DNA of 44,933 bases from Elusimicrobiota bacterium (GCA_043827405.1 JBDRPD010000049.1:1-44933), one strand, 5' to 3'. Counted from the stretch's first letter, positions 1 to 9,535 are shown. Notes: generated from the sequence alone by a model not told the origin. Translations and numbers: made by a program.

Positions 1-6
1 TAGATC

Positions 7-3000
7 GTGGAAGCGGTGCAGCTTTTTGCCACCGCGCAGGAAAAGCCGGACATCTACGGCTATACCGACGACGATGGGCGCAGCTTCAATAATCCGATCG
101 CGGGGGAGATTTCGGCCCTTGAGTACTCCACCGGCAATATCAACACGGCCGGTATTCTGGTGACGCCGACCGACCTGGCGCCCGAAGAGGAGCCGGGGCA
201 GCCCGGCGTGGTGCTGGCGACCAAGAAGGCGCTGGGCCAGGACGCGCCGGTGCTGCGCCAGGGCGACGGTTCAACGACCAATTCGCCCGATCCGGTCGAG
301 ATGCTGCGGCTGTCGATGGCGGTGCGGCCGGCGGCGGCGAGCCAGCTTTCCGGAGTCTGGCAGGGCCTGATCGTGCAGACTTACGGTACGCCGACCAAGC
401 TCAAGGATGAGCGCATCGACGAGCTGGCTCTCTACTATGACGCCGACCTCGGCGGCGGCGACGGCCAGTTCGACCCGACCAAGGACGTGCTGATCGCCAC
501 CGCGGCCTATGATATCAGCTCGGCCAAATGGTATTTCGGCAGCGCCGTGCCGGGTGCGCTGGTGCCCCCGGGCGTCGACACGCCGTTTGACCAGAACAAC
601 CCCTCGGCCTCGACGGTCACGACGAACGCGAAGAACTTCTTCCTGACCGTGCGGCTGGCGGCCTCCGGCTACGGCGACGACGAGCTGCCGACAAGTCTCG
701 GCCTGGGCATCTACGACACCTCCAGCGTGCTGCTCAAGCTGCCCAAGACCGTCGGCGTCGCTTCCAACAACTTCGACATCCGGACGGCGACCTCCGCGGT
801 CCAGCGCAAGGCGGCCGACATCTACGTGGGCTTTGAGAATGTCGCGGCCTGGTGGGCTCCGCCGGACGGCGGCGGCCTGCCGACCGCTTCTTACAACTAC
901 GTGGACCAGGCGGCGGAGCGCGTGGGCATGATGAAGCTTCAGATGTGGACCAATGAGTTCACCGGCACCATCGGCCAGCTCACGATAAACCGCGTCGGCA
1001 ACGGTCTCGATACCGACATCAAGAGCGTGCGTCTCTTCGTCGACAGCGCCTCGGACGGCGATGTCAGCGGCGCCAACGGCACCTTTGAGAAGGCGATCGA
1101 TACCGAGATTACCGACTTCGCGAACCCGGTATCCTTTGTCAACGGTAAGGCGACTTTGGTGCTCGACGTAAACAACGCCCCCTTCAACGCCAAGCATCGC
1201 GGCGTTGAGACCACCACGCGCACCTACTTCGTGGTCTATGACTTCGCGCCGGGCGCCAATCCGGGTCTCGAGCACGGCGCCAAGATCGTTTCCGGCGATA
1301 TCCGTTCCTTGGCCGGCAACGGCAATATCGTCTCCTTCCTGCCGTTGGTAACCTCCACCGTTTCGGTGCGGGCGACTTCCGATTTCGTAACCATGGATCA
1401 GGTTAACGGCGACGGCTGCACCAATATCGCGACGGGCTGTCCGCCGGCGAGCTCGACCGGTCCCGTGGTGGACATCCTGACCCAGGGCCAGACTTTCGCC
1501 CCGGTCGCCAAGTACACGCTGAAGACCGATGAGGGCTCGGCGCTGTGGTCCGGCCTCATGCTGGACCGCTGGATGCATTCGAGCCTGCAGGGCGGAGCGG
1601 TGGTGCTCGAGAACACGGCCAATGACGTCAAGGACATCCGCGTCTACCGCGACAAGGACGGCGACGGCCTGTTCACGCCGCCGCCGGCGGACGAGCTGGT
1701 CACCTCCTTCGGCAATATCCACAACTTCCCGAGCTCCAAGCTCGCGGTGGCGATCAGCTCGACCGCCCCGTCGCCGATCGACGTTTATGTGGAAAGCATG
1801 GCGGCCTTCTTCCCCGACGACGACGTCTTCCCGCAGGTCCCGCAGCGGCTGGTGCTCGGCGACGATCAGACCGATGAAAACCAGAAGGAAGTCATGATCT
1901 GCGACGACATCGACGTCGCCAATAAGGTCTGGCTGAACTGTGAGCGCGCCGAGGGCGGTACGCAGCAGGGAACCTTCTCTACCGGGACCGTGCTCTCCGG
2001 TCCGGCGCGCCTGAAAATCACCGGTCAGGGCGGCGGCCAAATCATCGAGCCGGGCGGCGCCGACTTCTTCGTGGTCTATGACCTCAACGCGCTGGCCACG
2101 GTCGGCCCCTCAACCAACCTCGGCACCATGCTCCTCACCACCGACTACCTGCGGGTGCAGGCGCCCAAGCAGGTCAATACCACCAATATCGGCCTGTCGG
2201 GCGCTCCGGACTTCGGTCAGACGGTGCGCTTCATCACCCGGGTCGAGGAGTATCCGGACAACATCGTGGTGCTGGCGTCCAATACGGTAGAGACCGACGC
2301 CTTCGACCAGGAGGTCGAGACCTTCCTGCAGCAGCAGTCGACGGCGGTGGTGCTCACCTTCGCGATGGCGACCGACCAAGCCGACGCCTACTGGCGCTGG
2401 GTCCTGGTGCAGGCCACCGGCACTTCGGCCGACGCCGGGGCCCAGATCAACGACGTCCAGCGGGTCTCGCTGTGGCTCGACGTGGACGGCAACGGCAAGC
2501 TGCTGGAAAACTTCGACATTGAGCTGGGCACCGGCAGCTTCAATAATGCCGGCAGCCCCAGCCCGCTGATGGCGCGCATCAACCTCAAGGCGCCGCACCG
2601 GCTGTTCACCAGCAACTACGCGGCGCAGCATAATATCTCCCAGAACTTCATGATCGCCTATTATGTGTCCGCCAACGCCGAGACCAACGAGCCGCCGCCG
2701 AACCCCGAGCCGCGGACTCTGGGCGCGACTTTGATGGCCGCCTCGTTTCCGATCGGCAACCTGGCGATCGACGACGCCGCCGCCAACTCCTTCAACCTGG
2801 CGCAGCCCAACAAGCCGAACAAGCTGGCGGATTCGTCGCCGCTGCCTTTCATCGGCAAGCAGCGCAAGATCATCCCTTCGCCGCAGACCATGACGGTGGA
2901 CATTATCCCGATGTTCGCCACCAGCACCGGCGCCTTCGAGTCCCCGCGGCTGGTGCAGGACGTTTCCGCCGTCCCCGTTGGGACCGTCGACGCCTCCTGG

Positions 3001-6000
3001 CTCATCACCTCGACGGCCGGCCTGCCCAACGGTGGGGCGACGACCTATATCACGGTCGACGAGGAGATCGTCAGCTACGACACCCTGGGCGATGTCGGCG
3101 GCCTGCCGGCCCTCATTGGGGTCGTGCGCGGACGGCTCGGCACCTCGCCGCAGGCGCATGAGGATACCACGGTGATGGCGCCCAATGTGCGGCAGGGCGA
3201 GATCAACTTCCCGATCGCCAAGATCAAAGCCTGGTCGTCGAACTTCCAGGTGCAGTGGGAAAGCCTGCGCATGCAGATGGCGGTACCGCCCGGGCTCAAA
3301 GTGGAGGACGACGATATCGCGATCGTGCGGCTATGGCGCTCAAGCACCACGGCGTTCGAGCGCAGCGGCCCCGAGGACTACAAGACCAATATACTGGCCG
3401 ACGTACCGCTGGCCAGCGGTACGGTGCAAAACGGCGTCATCTCGCTATCGATCACCGACCCGCAGCTGGCCGACGCGCCTTATACCTTGGTATCGAAGGC
3501 GACGCAAACCTTCTATGTGTCGGTGAGCATCGACCCGGCGGCGCAGTTCTCGCACGAGGAGCTGCCGGTCGATCCCAACGAGACGCTGGGCCGCTGGAGC
3601 CCGCAGGTTACCGATTTCGGGCTGAGTCCCAAGCGGGCCAACCATTCGCTGGCCTTCACTCCCAGCGTGACCCGGACCCCGGCCTATCCGATTATTCCGA
3701 CGATCAATACCATGGAGGTCCTGATGTCCGGGGCCTCGCCGAACTCGGCGCGGCAGAACCAGCAGTTCGTGCCCATGGTCAAGCTGACGGCGAAGACCGA
3801 TCAGAATACCGTGCGCTGGGAGCGGCTGGCCGTCGATCGCGCCTTCTGGGCCAGTTCGAGCACCACCCGCGGCGCCATCGATACCGATATTACCCTGCTG
3901 CGCGTATTCCGCGACTCCGACGGGGACGGCGCCTTCACCAGCGTCGATTATGCGACCGACACCCAGGGCAACTTCCCGCACATGCTGTCTTTGGGCAATG
4001 AGAGCTACGAAGACCACTCCAAGGAGATCATCTTCAAGGTGCCGGAGGTCGTTACCACCGAGGCGCAGGACTACTTCGTCACCTACGACTTCTCGCAGTT
4101 CGCCGGCATCAACAGCCTGCACGGCCTGTCGGTCGACGTGTCGACCAAGTACACGGTGCAGGTGCCGCATACCGTGATCTCGAGCCCCACGGCGGGCTAT
4201 ACCACCAACCCGCTGGTGCGCATTACCGAAGTGCCCTCCAATGTGACCCTCGGAGTAAATGACGTCATCTTCAACGGCCAGCTCGCCAACGGCAGCGATA
4301 AGATCGAGGGCGTCAGCCAGGCGCAGGCCGGCGTATCTTTCCTGCGCTTCAACCTGACGACCGACCTGGGCACGGCGGTGTGGGAGGATATGCGTCTGGA
4401 GCGCGGCGGCGGCAGCCAGGATCCGAGCAAGCTCTTCGGGCGCAATACCAATGTCAGCTTCGTCAAGTTCTGGAAGGACATCAACCAGAACGACGTTCTC
4501 GATGCGGATGATGTGAATATCTCGGAGATCGAGAGCGTGCTGATGGTGGCGGTGTCCTCCGAGACCGCCCCGCCCTTCGCCCTGGTGCTGGCGTCCACCC
4601 GGTCCTCCGACGGCGCGCGTTTCCCGCCGAGCGGACAAGGACGCATCCTGATCGGCGGCGCCGAGCTGATGTCCTTCAGCGGCTACGGCGAGACCCTGAT
4701 CGGTGGTACGACCTATCCGACGCTCAGCGTCATTTCGCGCGCCGACCGCATGGGCGACGGTCCGACGCCGAACCTCACGCATGCGGTGGGTGCCGAGGCC
4801 CGCAAGGTGGATGTCTTCAATCAGGAGGACGACCAGAACCTGCAGATTCTCGTCGAGCTGGCGGCCACGCAGACGCTCTCGCCGACCGCCGCCGTGTTCT
4901 TCGTCAGCTATGATATCGGCGCCACCGCGGTGAAGAACGACCAGGTATCGGTCAATATCCGCGACAAGTCGTGGGTCGGCGTCAGCAATCCCAACGACAC
5001 CTTGTCGACCGTGCGGGTCAAGGTGTCCAAGGAGTTCCAGACGGGAAGCAGCGTCGGCGGCTACCCGTACATCGGCACCAAGGTCTTTATCACGCCGCTG
5101 ACCCTGACTTTGACCTCGCGCAATATCGCGCCCGCCGCGGTGACCGGCGGCCAGTCGAACGTGGCGCTGGAACAGATACGGATGAACACCAGCTCGGACT
5201 TCGTGCGCGTCGCCCAGGTGCGGCTGACGCAGCTCGGCACGGTGCAGGCTCCGCCGTTCGTGAACGCCGGCAAGGGCGACGCCAGCGAGGTCGCGATCTG
5301 GCTCGATGACGGCAACGGCGCCTTCACGCCGGCCACCGATACCGAACTGGGCCGCCTGGTCCACAACGGGCTGCTCGGCGGGTCGGCGCAGTTCGATAAC
5401 GGCATGGCGCTGATCGATTTGGCGCAGGGCGGCGTGCCCTATCTGACGGTGAGCACGGTGCCGTTGACGGTCTTTATTACCGCCCATATCGCTTCGCAGG
5501 ACGTCAGCCTCGGCTCCACTATCGGCCATACGATCGGCTTCTCGCTTGAGAAGTTCAAGGATTTGATCGGGCCGAACTCGGCGGACATTACCGCCATCTC
5601 CGACGACGCGAACCAGGATCATATTCCGGCCCGTTCGGGCGTGGTCACGATATCGACCGCGGTCATCGCGCTGTCGAATTCACCGCTGCCGATCATGATG
5701 GACGAAAGCGGCTATCCCGCCTTCGCTATGGTCAAATATACGTACGAGACCAAGCTGGCGGGGCCGTGCGCCGCGCCGGACGGGACCGCTAAAACCCTCA
5801 CGGTCGATGACGCCACCGCCTTCCCGATCGCCGGCGCCTATAAGGTCCGCGTGGGCGACGAGATCATGAACGTGACCCGGACCGGCGCCGCCACCTTCCA
5901 GACGGTGGCGGACGCCTCGTGCGCGCAGCTGGTCGGCCGCGAGTGCGATAATGAAGACGGCACCAAGCCCGGCGCCGCGCATGAAGCAGGGGAATATGTG

Positions 6001-7611
6001 TTGGGCGGCGGCGCCGTGAAGCCGCAGACGGTCATGCGCGACGCGAACGACCGGCCCATCCCCGACCGGTCGAAGTGGATCAAAGGCCAGCCGATGGCGA
6101 CGTCGATGGCCGCGGTCTTCGACGGCGGATCATTTGAGCCGCTCATCGACATCAACGGCGACGGCGAGCCGGATAATATGGACTTCCTCGGCACGGGGCT
6201 GCGCCAGCAGATCAGTCTGATCGGCACCAAGGTGCCCTCGATCGACATGGACGGCGACGGCCTGCTCGATATCGATATAAACGGCGACGGCCGGCCGGAT
6301 CTGGTGCAGGACGACGGCCAGGGCAATCTGGTGTACTTCATCATCAATAAGGAGGGCAAGCCGGAGCCGCTTTCGGATCAGGGGCTCGCGCTCGCCGCCT
6401 GGAGCGCCGACAACTCACAGCTGGAGATGTCCTGGCCGATGCCGTCCTCCACTCAGTCTTTGACCGGCTACGAGGTGGCCATCGGCGAGAGCTTCGACAA
6501 CCGCACCAATCTCAAGAACTGGTTCTACGTCGGGACCAAAACCACGGGCACCCTCTCGGCGCTCAACCTGCCGGTCGCCAACGTCACGCACCTGAAGTCG
6601 TCGATGACGGCGACCTCGCAGGAGATATTTGTCGAGGAGACCTTCTTCGAGCGCGGCCTCCTTATCGTCGGCTCCGAGCTCATCGGCGCCCGCCGGGTGG
6701 GCGATCACTACGTCGTCGATCCGACCATCGCGGGCTGTCCGTCGGGCAGCGGCCGCGGCTGCGGCGGCTCCCTGCCGCAGGTCCATCTGGAAAACGAAGT
6801 CGTTTCCAGCGACATGGTGCTGGTCTCGGTGCGCGGCTTCACCGGGCCGCGCGCGAGCCCCACGGGCTATGTGCCGTCGCCGACGGGGCGTCCGATCCTC
6901 GCCTACCGTATTGATGATACGCCGCCGTCGGAACCGCCGACCAGCCTGCGCTCCTCGGTGGCGAAGGGCGACGCCAAGACCACCTTTACCCTCTCCTGGA
7001 GCGAGGCGGTGGACAGCCAGTCCGGCATCAAGCTCTACCATATCCAGGAACGGTCGAACGTTGATCCGGTGTGGAAGACCATCGGCATGATTCCGGCCAA
7101 GCTCAGCGGCACCAAGGGCGAGCGGCTCAATACCAAGTACACCGTGGGCAGCGCCGCGCAGAACCCGACGGAAAAGCCGCGCGCCACCGGACAATTCCTG
7201 ACCTATCGCGTGCGCGCCTACAGCAGCGCCGGCACCCCGTCGGGCTGGTCGACAGAATCCGCGGCGGTGGCGACCTCGATCACCAGCGAGGTGATCGATA
7301 AGGTGTCGAACTATCCGAATCCGTTCGACTCGCGCAAGGGCGGGCCCGAGGGGCAGACCGTCATCGTCTACACTTTGGGCACGGCCTCGGATGTCGAGAT
7401 CGTGATCTACGACCTGCTGGGCTATGTGGTTAAGAGCTTCCACTTCACCCCCGGCGAAAACGGCGGCCGGCAGGGCGCCAACTACGTGATATGGGACGGC
7501 CATAACGGTATGGGGCGGCCGGTGGCCAAGGGCGGCTACATCGCCCGCATCAAGGTCGGCTCGAGCCTCGGCACCGCCACCATCATCCGCAAGATCGGCG
7601 TCATCCACTAA
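7..7611 (+). CDS. Giant repetitive secreted/surface protein with FN3 domain and C-terminal T9SS/FlgD-Ig-type sorting domain (N-terminus probably incomplete)
   Basis: 2534-aa ORF. About 8 beta-rich modules share D(I/V)xx(V/L)x(L/V)(F/W/Y)xD..DGDG.F and (Y/F)FVxYD motifs. DxNGDG Ca-binding-type motifs at ~6148-6300 and an FN3-like segment DDTPPSEP..TLSWSEAVDSQSGI at ~6913-7260. The C-terminus VSNYPNPF..IVYTL..IYDLLG..WDGHNGMGRPVAKGGYIARIKV..RKIGVIH is a typical CTD/FlgD-Ig pattern. No signal peptide. Confidence 0.8.
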   Translation: MEAVQLFATAQEKPDIYGYTDDDGRSFNNPIAGEISALEYSTGNINTAGILVTPTDLAPEEEPGQPGVVLATKKALGQDAPVLRQGDGSTTNSPDPVEMLRLSMAVRPAAASQLSGVWQGLIVQTYGTPTKLKDERIDELALYYDADLGGGDGQFDPTKDVLIATAAYDISSAKWYFGSAVPGALVPPGVDTPFDQNNPSASTVTTNAKNFFLTVRLAASGYGDDELPTSLGLGIYDTSSVLLKLPKTVGVASNNFDIRTATSAVQRKAADIYVGFENVAAWWAPPDGGGLPTASYNYVDQAAERVGMMKLQMWTNEFTGTIGQLTINRVGNGLDTDIKSVRLFVDSASDGDVSGANGTFEKAIDTEITDFANPVSFVNGKATLVLDVNNAPFNAKHRGVETTTRTYFVVYDFAPGANPGLEHGAKIVSGDIRSLAGNGNIVSFLPLVTSTVSVRATSDFVTMDQVNGDGCTNIATGCPPASSTGPVVDILTQGQTFAPVAKYTLKTDEGSALWSGLMLDRWMHSSLQGGAVVLENTANDVKDIRVYRDKDGDGLFTPPPADELVTSFGNIHNFPSSKLAVAISSTAPSPIDVYVESMAAFFPDDDVFPQVPQRLVLGDDQTDENQKEVMICDDIDVANKVWLNCERAEGGTQQGTFSTGTVLSGPARLKITGQGGGQIIEPGGADFFVVYDLNALATVGPSTNLGTMLLTTDYLRVQAPKQVNTTNIGLSGAPDFGQTVRFITRVEEYPDNIVVLASNTVETDAFDQEVETFLQQQSTAVVLTFAMATDQADAYWRWVLVQATGTSADAGAQINDVQRVSLWLDVDGNGKLLENFDIELGTGSFNNAGSPSPLMARINLKAPHRLFTSNYAAQHNISQNFMIAYYVSANAETNEPPPNPEPRTLGATLMAASFPIGNLAIDDAAANSFNLAQPNKPNKLADSSPLPFIGKQRKIIPSPQTMTVDIIPMFATSTGAFESPRLVQDVSAVPVGTVDASWLITSTAGLPNGGATTYITVDEEIVSYDTLGDVGGLPALIGVVRGRLGTSPQAHEDTTVMAPNVRQGEINFPIAKIKAWSSNFQVQWESLRMQMAVPPGLKVEDDDIAIVRLWRSSTTAFERSGPEDYKTNILADVPLASGTVQNGVISLSITDPQLADAPYTLVSKATQTFYVSVSIDPAAQFSHEELPVDPNETLGRWSPQVTDFGLSPKRANHSLAFTPSVTRTPAYPIIPTINTMEVLMSGASPNSARQNQQFVPMVKLTAKTDQNTVRWERLAVDRAFWASSSTTRGAIDTDITLLRVFRDSDGDGAFTSVDYATDTQGNFPHMLSLGNESYEDHSKEIIFKVPEVVTTEAQDYFVTYDFSQFAGINSLHGLSVDVSTKYTVQVPHTVISSPTAGYTTNPLVRITEVPSNVTLGVNDVIFNGQLANGSDKIEGVSQAQAGVSFLRFNLTTDLGTAVWEDMRLERGGGSQDPSKLFGRNTNVSFVKFWKDINQNDVLDADDVNISEIESVLMVAVSSETAPPFALVLASTRSSDGARFPPSGQGRILIGGAELMSFSGYGETLIGGTTYPTLSVISRADRMGDGPTPNLTHAVGAEARKVDVFNQEDDQNLQILVELAATQTLSPTAAVFFVSYDIGATAVKNDQVSVNIRDKSWVGVSNPNDTLSTVRVKVSKEFQTGSSVGGYPYIGTKVFITPLTLTLTSRNIAPAAVTGGQSNVALEQIRMNTSSDFVRVAQVRLTQLGTVQAPPFVNAGKGDASEVAIWLDDGNGAFTPATDTELGRLVHNGLLGGSAQFDNGMALIDLAQGGVPYLTVSTVPLTVFITAHIASQDVSLGSTIGHTIGFSLEKFKDLIGPNSADITAISDDANQDHIPARSGVVTISTAVIALSNSPLPIMMDESGYPAFAMVKYTYETKLAGPCAAPDGTAKTLTVDDATAFPIAGAYKVRVGDEIMNVTRTGAATFQTVADASCAQLVGRECDNEDGTKPGAAHEAGEYVLGGGAVKPQTVMRDANDRPIPDRSKWIKGQPMATSMAAVFDGGSFEPLIDINGDGEPDNMDFLGTGLRQQISLIGTKVPSIDMDGDGLLDIDINGDGRPDLVQDDGQGNLVYFIINKEGKPEPLSDQGLALAAWSADNSQLEMSWPMPSSTQSLTGYEVAIGESFDNRTNLKNWFYVGTKTTGTLSALNLPVANVTHLKSSMTATSQEIFVEETFFERGLLIVGSELIGARRVGDHYVVDPTIAGCPSGSGRGCGGSLPQVHLENEVVSSDMVLVSVRGFTGPRASPTGYVPSPTGRPILAYRIDDTPPSEPPTSLRSSVAKGDAKTTFTLSWSEAVDSQSGIKLYHIQERSNVDPVWKTIGMIPAKLSGTKGERLNTKYTVGSAAQNPTEKPRATGQFLTYRVRAYSSAGTPSGWSTESAAVATSITSEVIDKVSNYPNPFDSRKGGPEGQTVIVYTLGTASDVEIVIYDLLGYVVKSFHFTPGENGGRQGANYVIWDGHNGMGRPVAKGGYIARIKVGSSLGTATIIRKIGVIH

Positions 7612-7638
7612 AAGCCTAATGGCCGGCGCTCGTCGGGA

Positions 7639-7654
7639 TGTGACTTGGGTTACA
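7639..7654. promoter_or_regulatory. CRP/FNR-family-like operator
   Basis: TGTGA-cttggg-TTACA, one mismatch to TGTGA-N6-TCACA, in an AT-rich intergenic region. Confidence 0.4.
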
Positions 7655-7730
7655 TTTTTATTCGTCGAGAAATTAACATTTCTGTGATGCGGTATTGAAT
7701 TGTGTTTATAATTGCACGATATATTTCCTA

Positions 7731-7758
7731 TTGACAAGTCAAGCAATCCGGTTATACT
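7731..7758 (+). promoter_or_regulatory. sigma70-type promoter upstream of riboswitch/porV-like gene
   Basis: TTGACA (7731-36), 16-nt spacer, TATACT (7753-58). Confidence 0.75.
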
Positions 7759-7816
7759 TAGAATGTAGTGTGGGTCGCGCTCCTGGTACGGGGATGGGCG
7801 TAAGCAAGGGAGCGTT

Positions 7817-7900
7817 ATCGAACGACAATAGCTAACCCGGTGTAAGCCGGGGGCGCAAAGCGAAGGGCCCGGGTTCCGGGTCGCCTGGCTACCGAAACGA
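7817..7900 (+). ncRNA. GEMM-I (c-di-GMP-I family) riboswitch aptamer, A20 variant (3',3'-cGAMP-type)
   Basis: CG-ACAAU-A-GC-UAA, then P2 CCCGGU-GUAA-GCCGGG (GNRA loop), GG-C-GC-AAA-GC junction, P3 GCCCGG-GUU-CCGGGU..GCC..GGC and 3' UAC-CGAAA. Spacing matches the GEMM-I architecture. Located in a 5' UTR. Confidence 0.85.
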
Positions 7901-7945
7901 ATGACCATTTTCGGACTCGGGGAGACGTCCCCGAAATCGAAAGGA

Positions 7946-9535
7946 ATGCTCGCAAAAGCGCGGATGTGCGCTGTTGCGGGTGTTTTTGTTTATATAACGT
8001 CCTTCTCGCCCGCGCTGCCGACCCTCCAGGCAGCTTCCGAGGGCGGTGGACAGGCCGCAGCCTTCCTGCAGTACGGCGTCGGAGCCCGCGCCCTGGGAAT
8101 GGGCGGAGCCTTCTACGCGGTTTCCGACGACGCAACCGCCGCATACTGGAACCCCGCCGGACTCGCCTACCTCCAGCGCAAAGAAGTGACCTTCATGCAG
8201 ACGGCGCTCTTCGCCGACACCCAGTACGGATACTTTGGTTACGCCCATCCAACCGCGACCAAAGGCACCTTCTCGCTCGGCCGTGTCGCTCTGACGGCGA
8301 GCGGGTTCGAAAAAGTCGACGCCCTGTTCGATCCCGCGACCGGGGAGCCGACCAACGTCACCGCGGCCGGTTCCTTCCAGGACAGCAAGCAGGCCATCCT
8401 GCTCTCCTGGGGTAAAGAGGCGACCGAGACCCTGGCGTTCGGTCTGTCGCTCAAGAACATCAAGCGCCAGCTCTCCGATTCCAGCGACAGCTTCAATACC
8501 CTGGACGTCGGTTCCATGAAGAGAATGGGCCGCAACTACCGCCTGGCGGTCGGCGTGCAGAACGTCTTCAGCATGAAGACCGGCGATACCGATGACACTA
8601 TCCCGGTCATCCTTAAGGTCGGCAACAGCATGAAGATGTTCAAGGACCGGATGCAGCTGGGCTTCGACGTGCAGAAGTCGCAGAGCTCGCCGCTTAACTG
8701 GCGCTTCGGCGGCGAGTACTGGGCCTCCCGCTGGTTCGCGGTGCGCTTCGGGCTGCTGGCAACTCCGGAGATCCAGGAAACCGATTTCGGCTTCGGCATC
8801 AAGACCCGCCGCATCGTCTTCGACTACTCGATGGGCATTCACGAGCTCGGCACCAGCAGCCGTATTTCGGTGGGCCTGCTCTTCGGCCGCTCGCGCACCG
8901 ACCGCTCCGAGGAGCAGGTCAAGCTGATCATCGAGCAGGGTTTCGAGGCCTTCAAGGCCGGCGACTTCCAGCTGGCCACGCTGCGCCTCAACCAGGCGCT
9001 GGATGCCGCGCCGCACAATAATCAGATCAAGGAAATGGCGGCGCGGCTGCAGACGGTGGTCGGCTTCGTGCCGCAGGCGCTGGGCGGCGAGGAGTTCCAG
9101 ACCTTCGTGCGCAAGGGCGTCATCTCCTACGTGGACGGCCGCGACATCAAGGGTTCGGTCAACGCCCTGCGCTACGCCTACAATATGAAGCCCGAGGATG
9201 AGACGCTCCTCAAGCTTCTCAACTACATCGAGAAGGAGGCGAAGGTCGGCGAGATTACCCGCAATGTCCAAGGCGTGCAGCGCTTCACCTTCGTCGATCA
9301 GAAGCTTTACGACGCGCGCCAGGCCATCTACGACGGCAAGTACGATCTGGCGATCCGCCGCATCCAGGACGTTCTGGATCTCGAGCCCAACAACATCACC
9401 GCTCTCGAGATCATGGGCTCCGCTTTCTTCCTGATGGAGGACAAGGCCAAGGCCCGGGCCGTTTGGAGCCGCGTTCTGGAGATCGATCCGGAAAATAAAG
9501 TCGTCTCACAGTTCATCAAGCAGGCGTCCAACTAG
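7946..9535 (+). CDS. PorV/PorQ-family (UPF0164) outer-membrane beta-barrel with C-terminal TPR domain
   Basis: Signal-peptide-like N-terminus. Signature AAFLQYGVGARALGMGGAFYAVSDDATAAYWNPAGL, amphipathic strands ending SSRISVGLLFG, then TPR-like helices (YDLAIRRIQDVLDLEPNN, ARAVWSRVLEIDPEN). Start uncertain (7901/7946/7964); 7901 abuts the aptamer. Confidence 0.85.
   Translation: MLAKARMCAVAGVFVYITSFSPALPTLQAASEGGGQAAAFLQYGVGARALGMGGAFYAVSDDATAAYWNPAGLAYLQRKEVTFMQTALFADTQYGYFGYAHPTATKGTFSLGRVALTASGFEKVDALFDPATGEPTNVTAAGSFQDSKQAILLSWGKEATETLAFGLSLKNIKRQLSDSSDSFNTLDVGSMKRMGRNYRLAVGVQNVFSMKTGDTDDTIPVILKVGNSMKMFKDRMQLGFDVQKSQSSPLNWRFGGEYWASRWFAVRFGLLATPEIQETDFGFGIKTRRIVFDYSMGIHELGTSSRISVGLLFGRSRTDRSEEQVKLIIEQGFEAFKAGDFQLATLRLNQALDAAPHNNQIKEMAARLQTVVGFVPQALGGEEFQTFVRKGVISYVDGRDIKGSVNALRYAYNMKPEDETLLKLLNYIEKEAKVGEITRNVQGVQRFTFVDQKLYDARQAIYDGKYDLAIRRIQDVLDLEPNNITALEIMGSAFFLMEDKAKARAVWSRVLEIDPENKVVSQFIKQASN

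Noticed and set aside
1..9535. Stop-codon reassignment (TAG readthrough)
   Set aside because: TAG terminates several clearly complete genes (porV-like, rotor fusion, motA, PBP1A)
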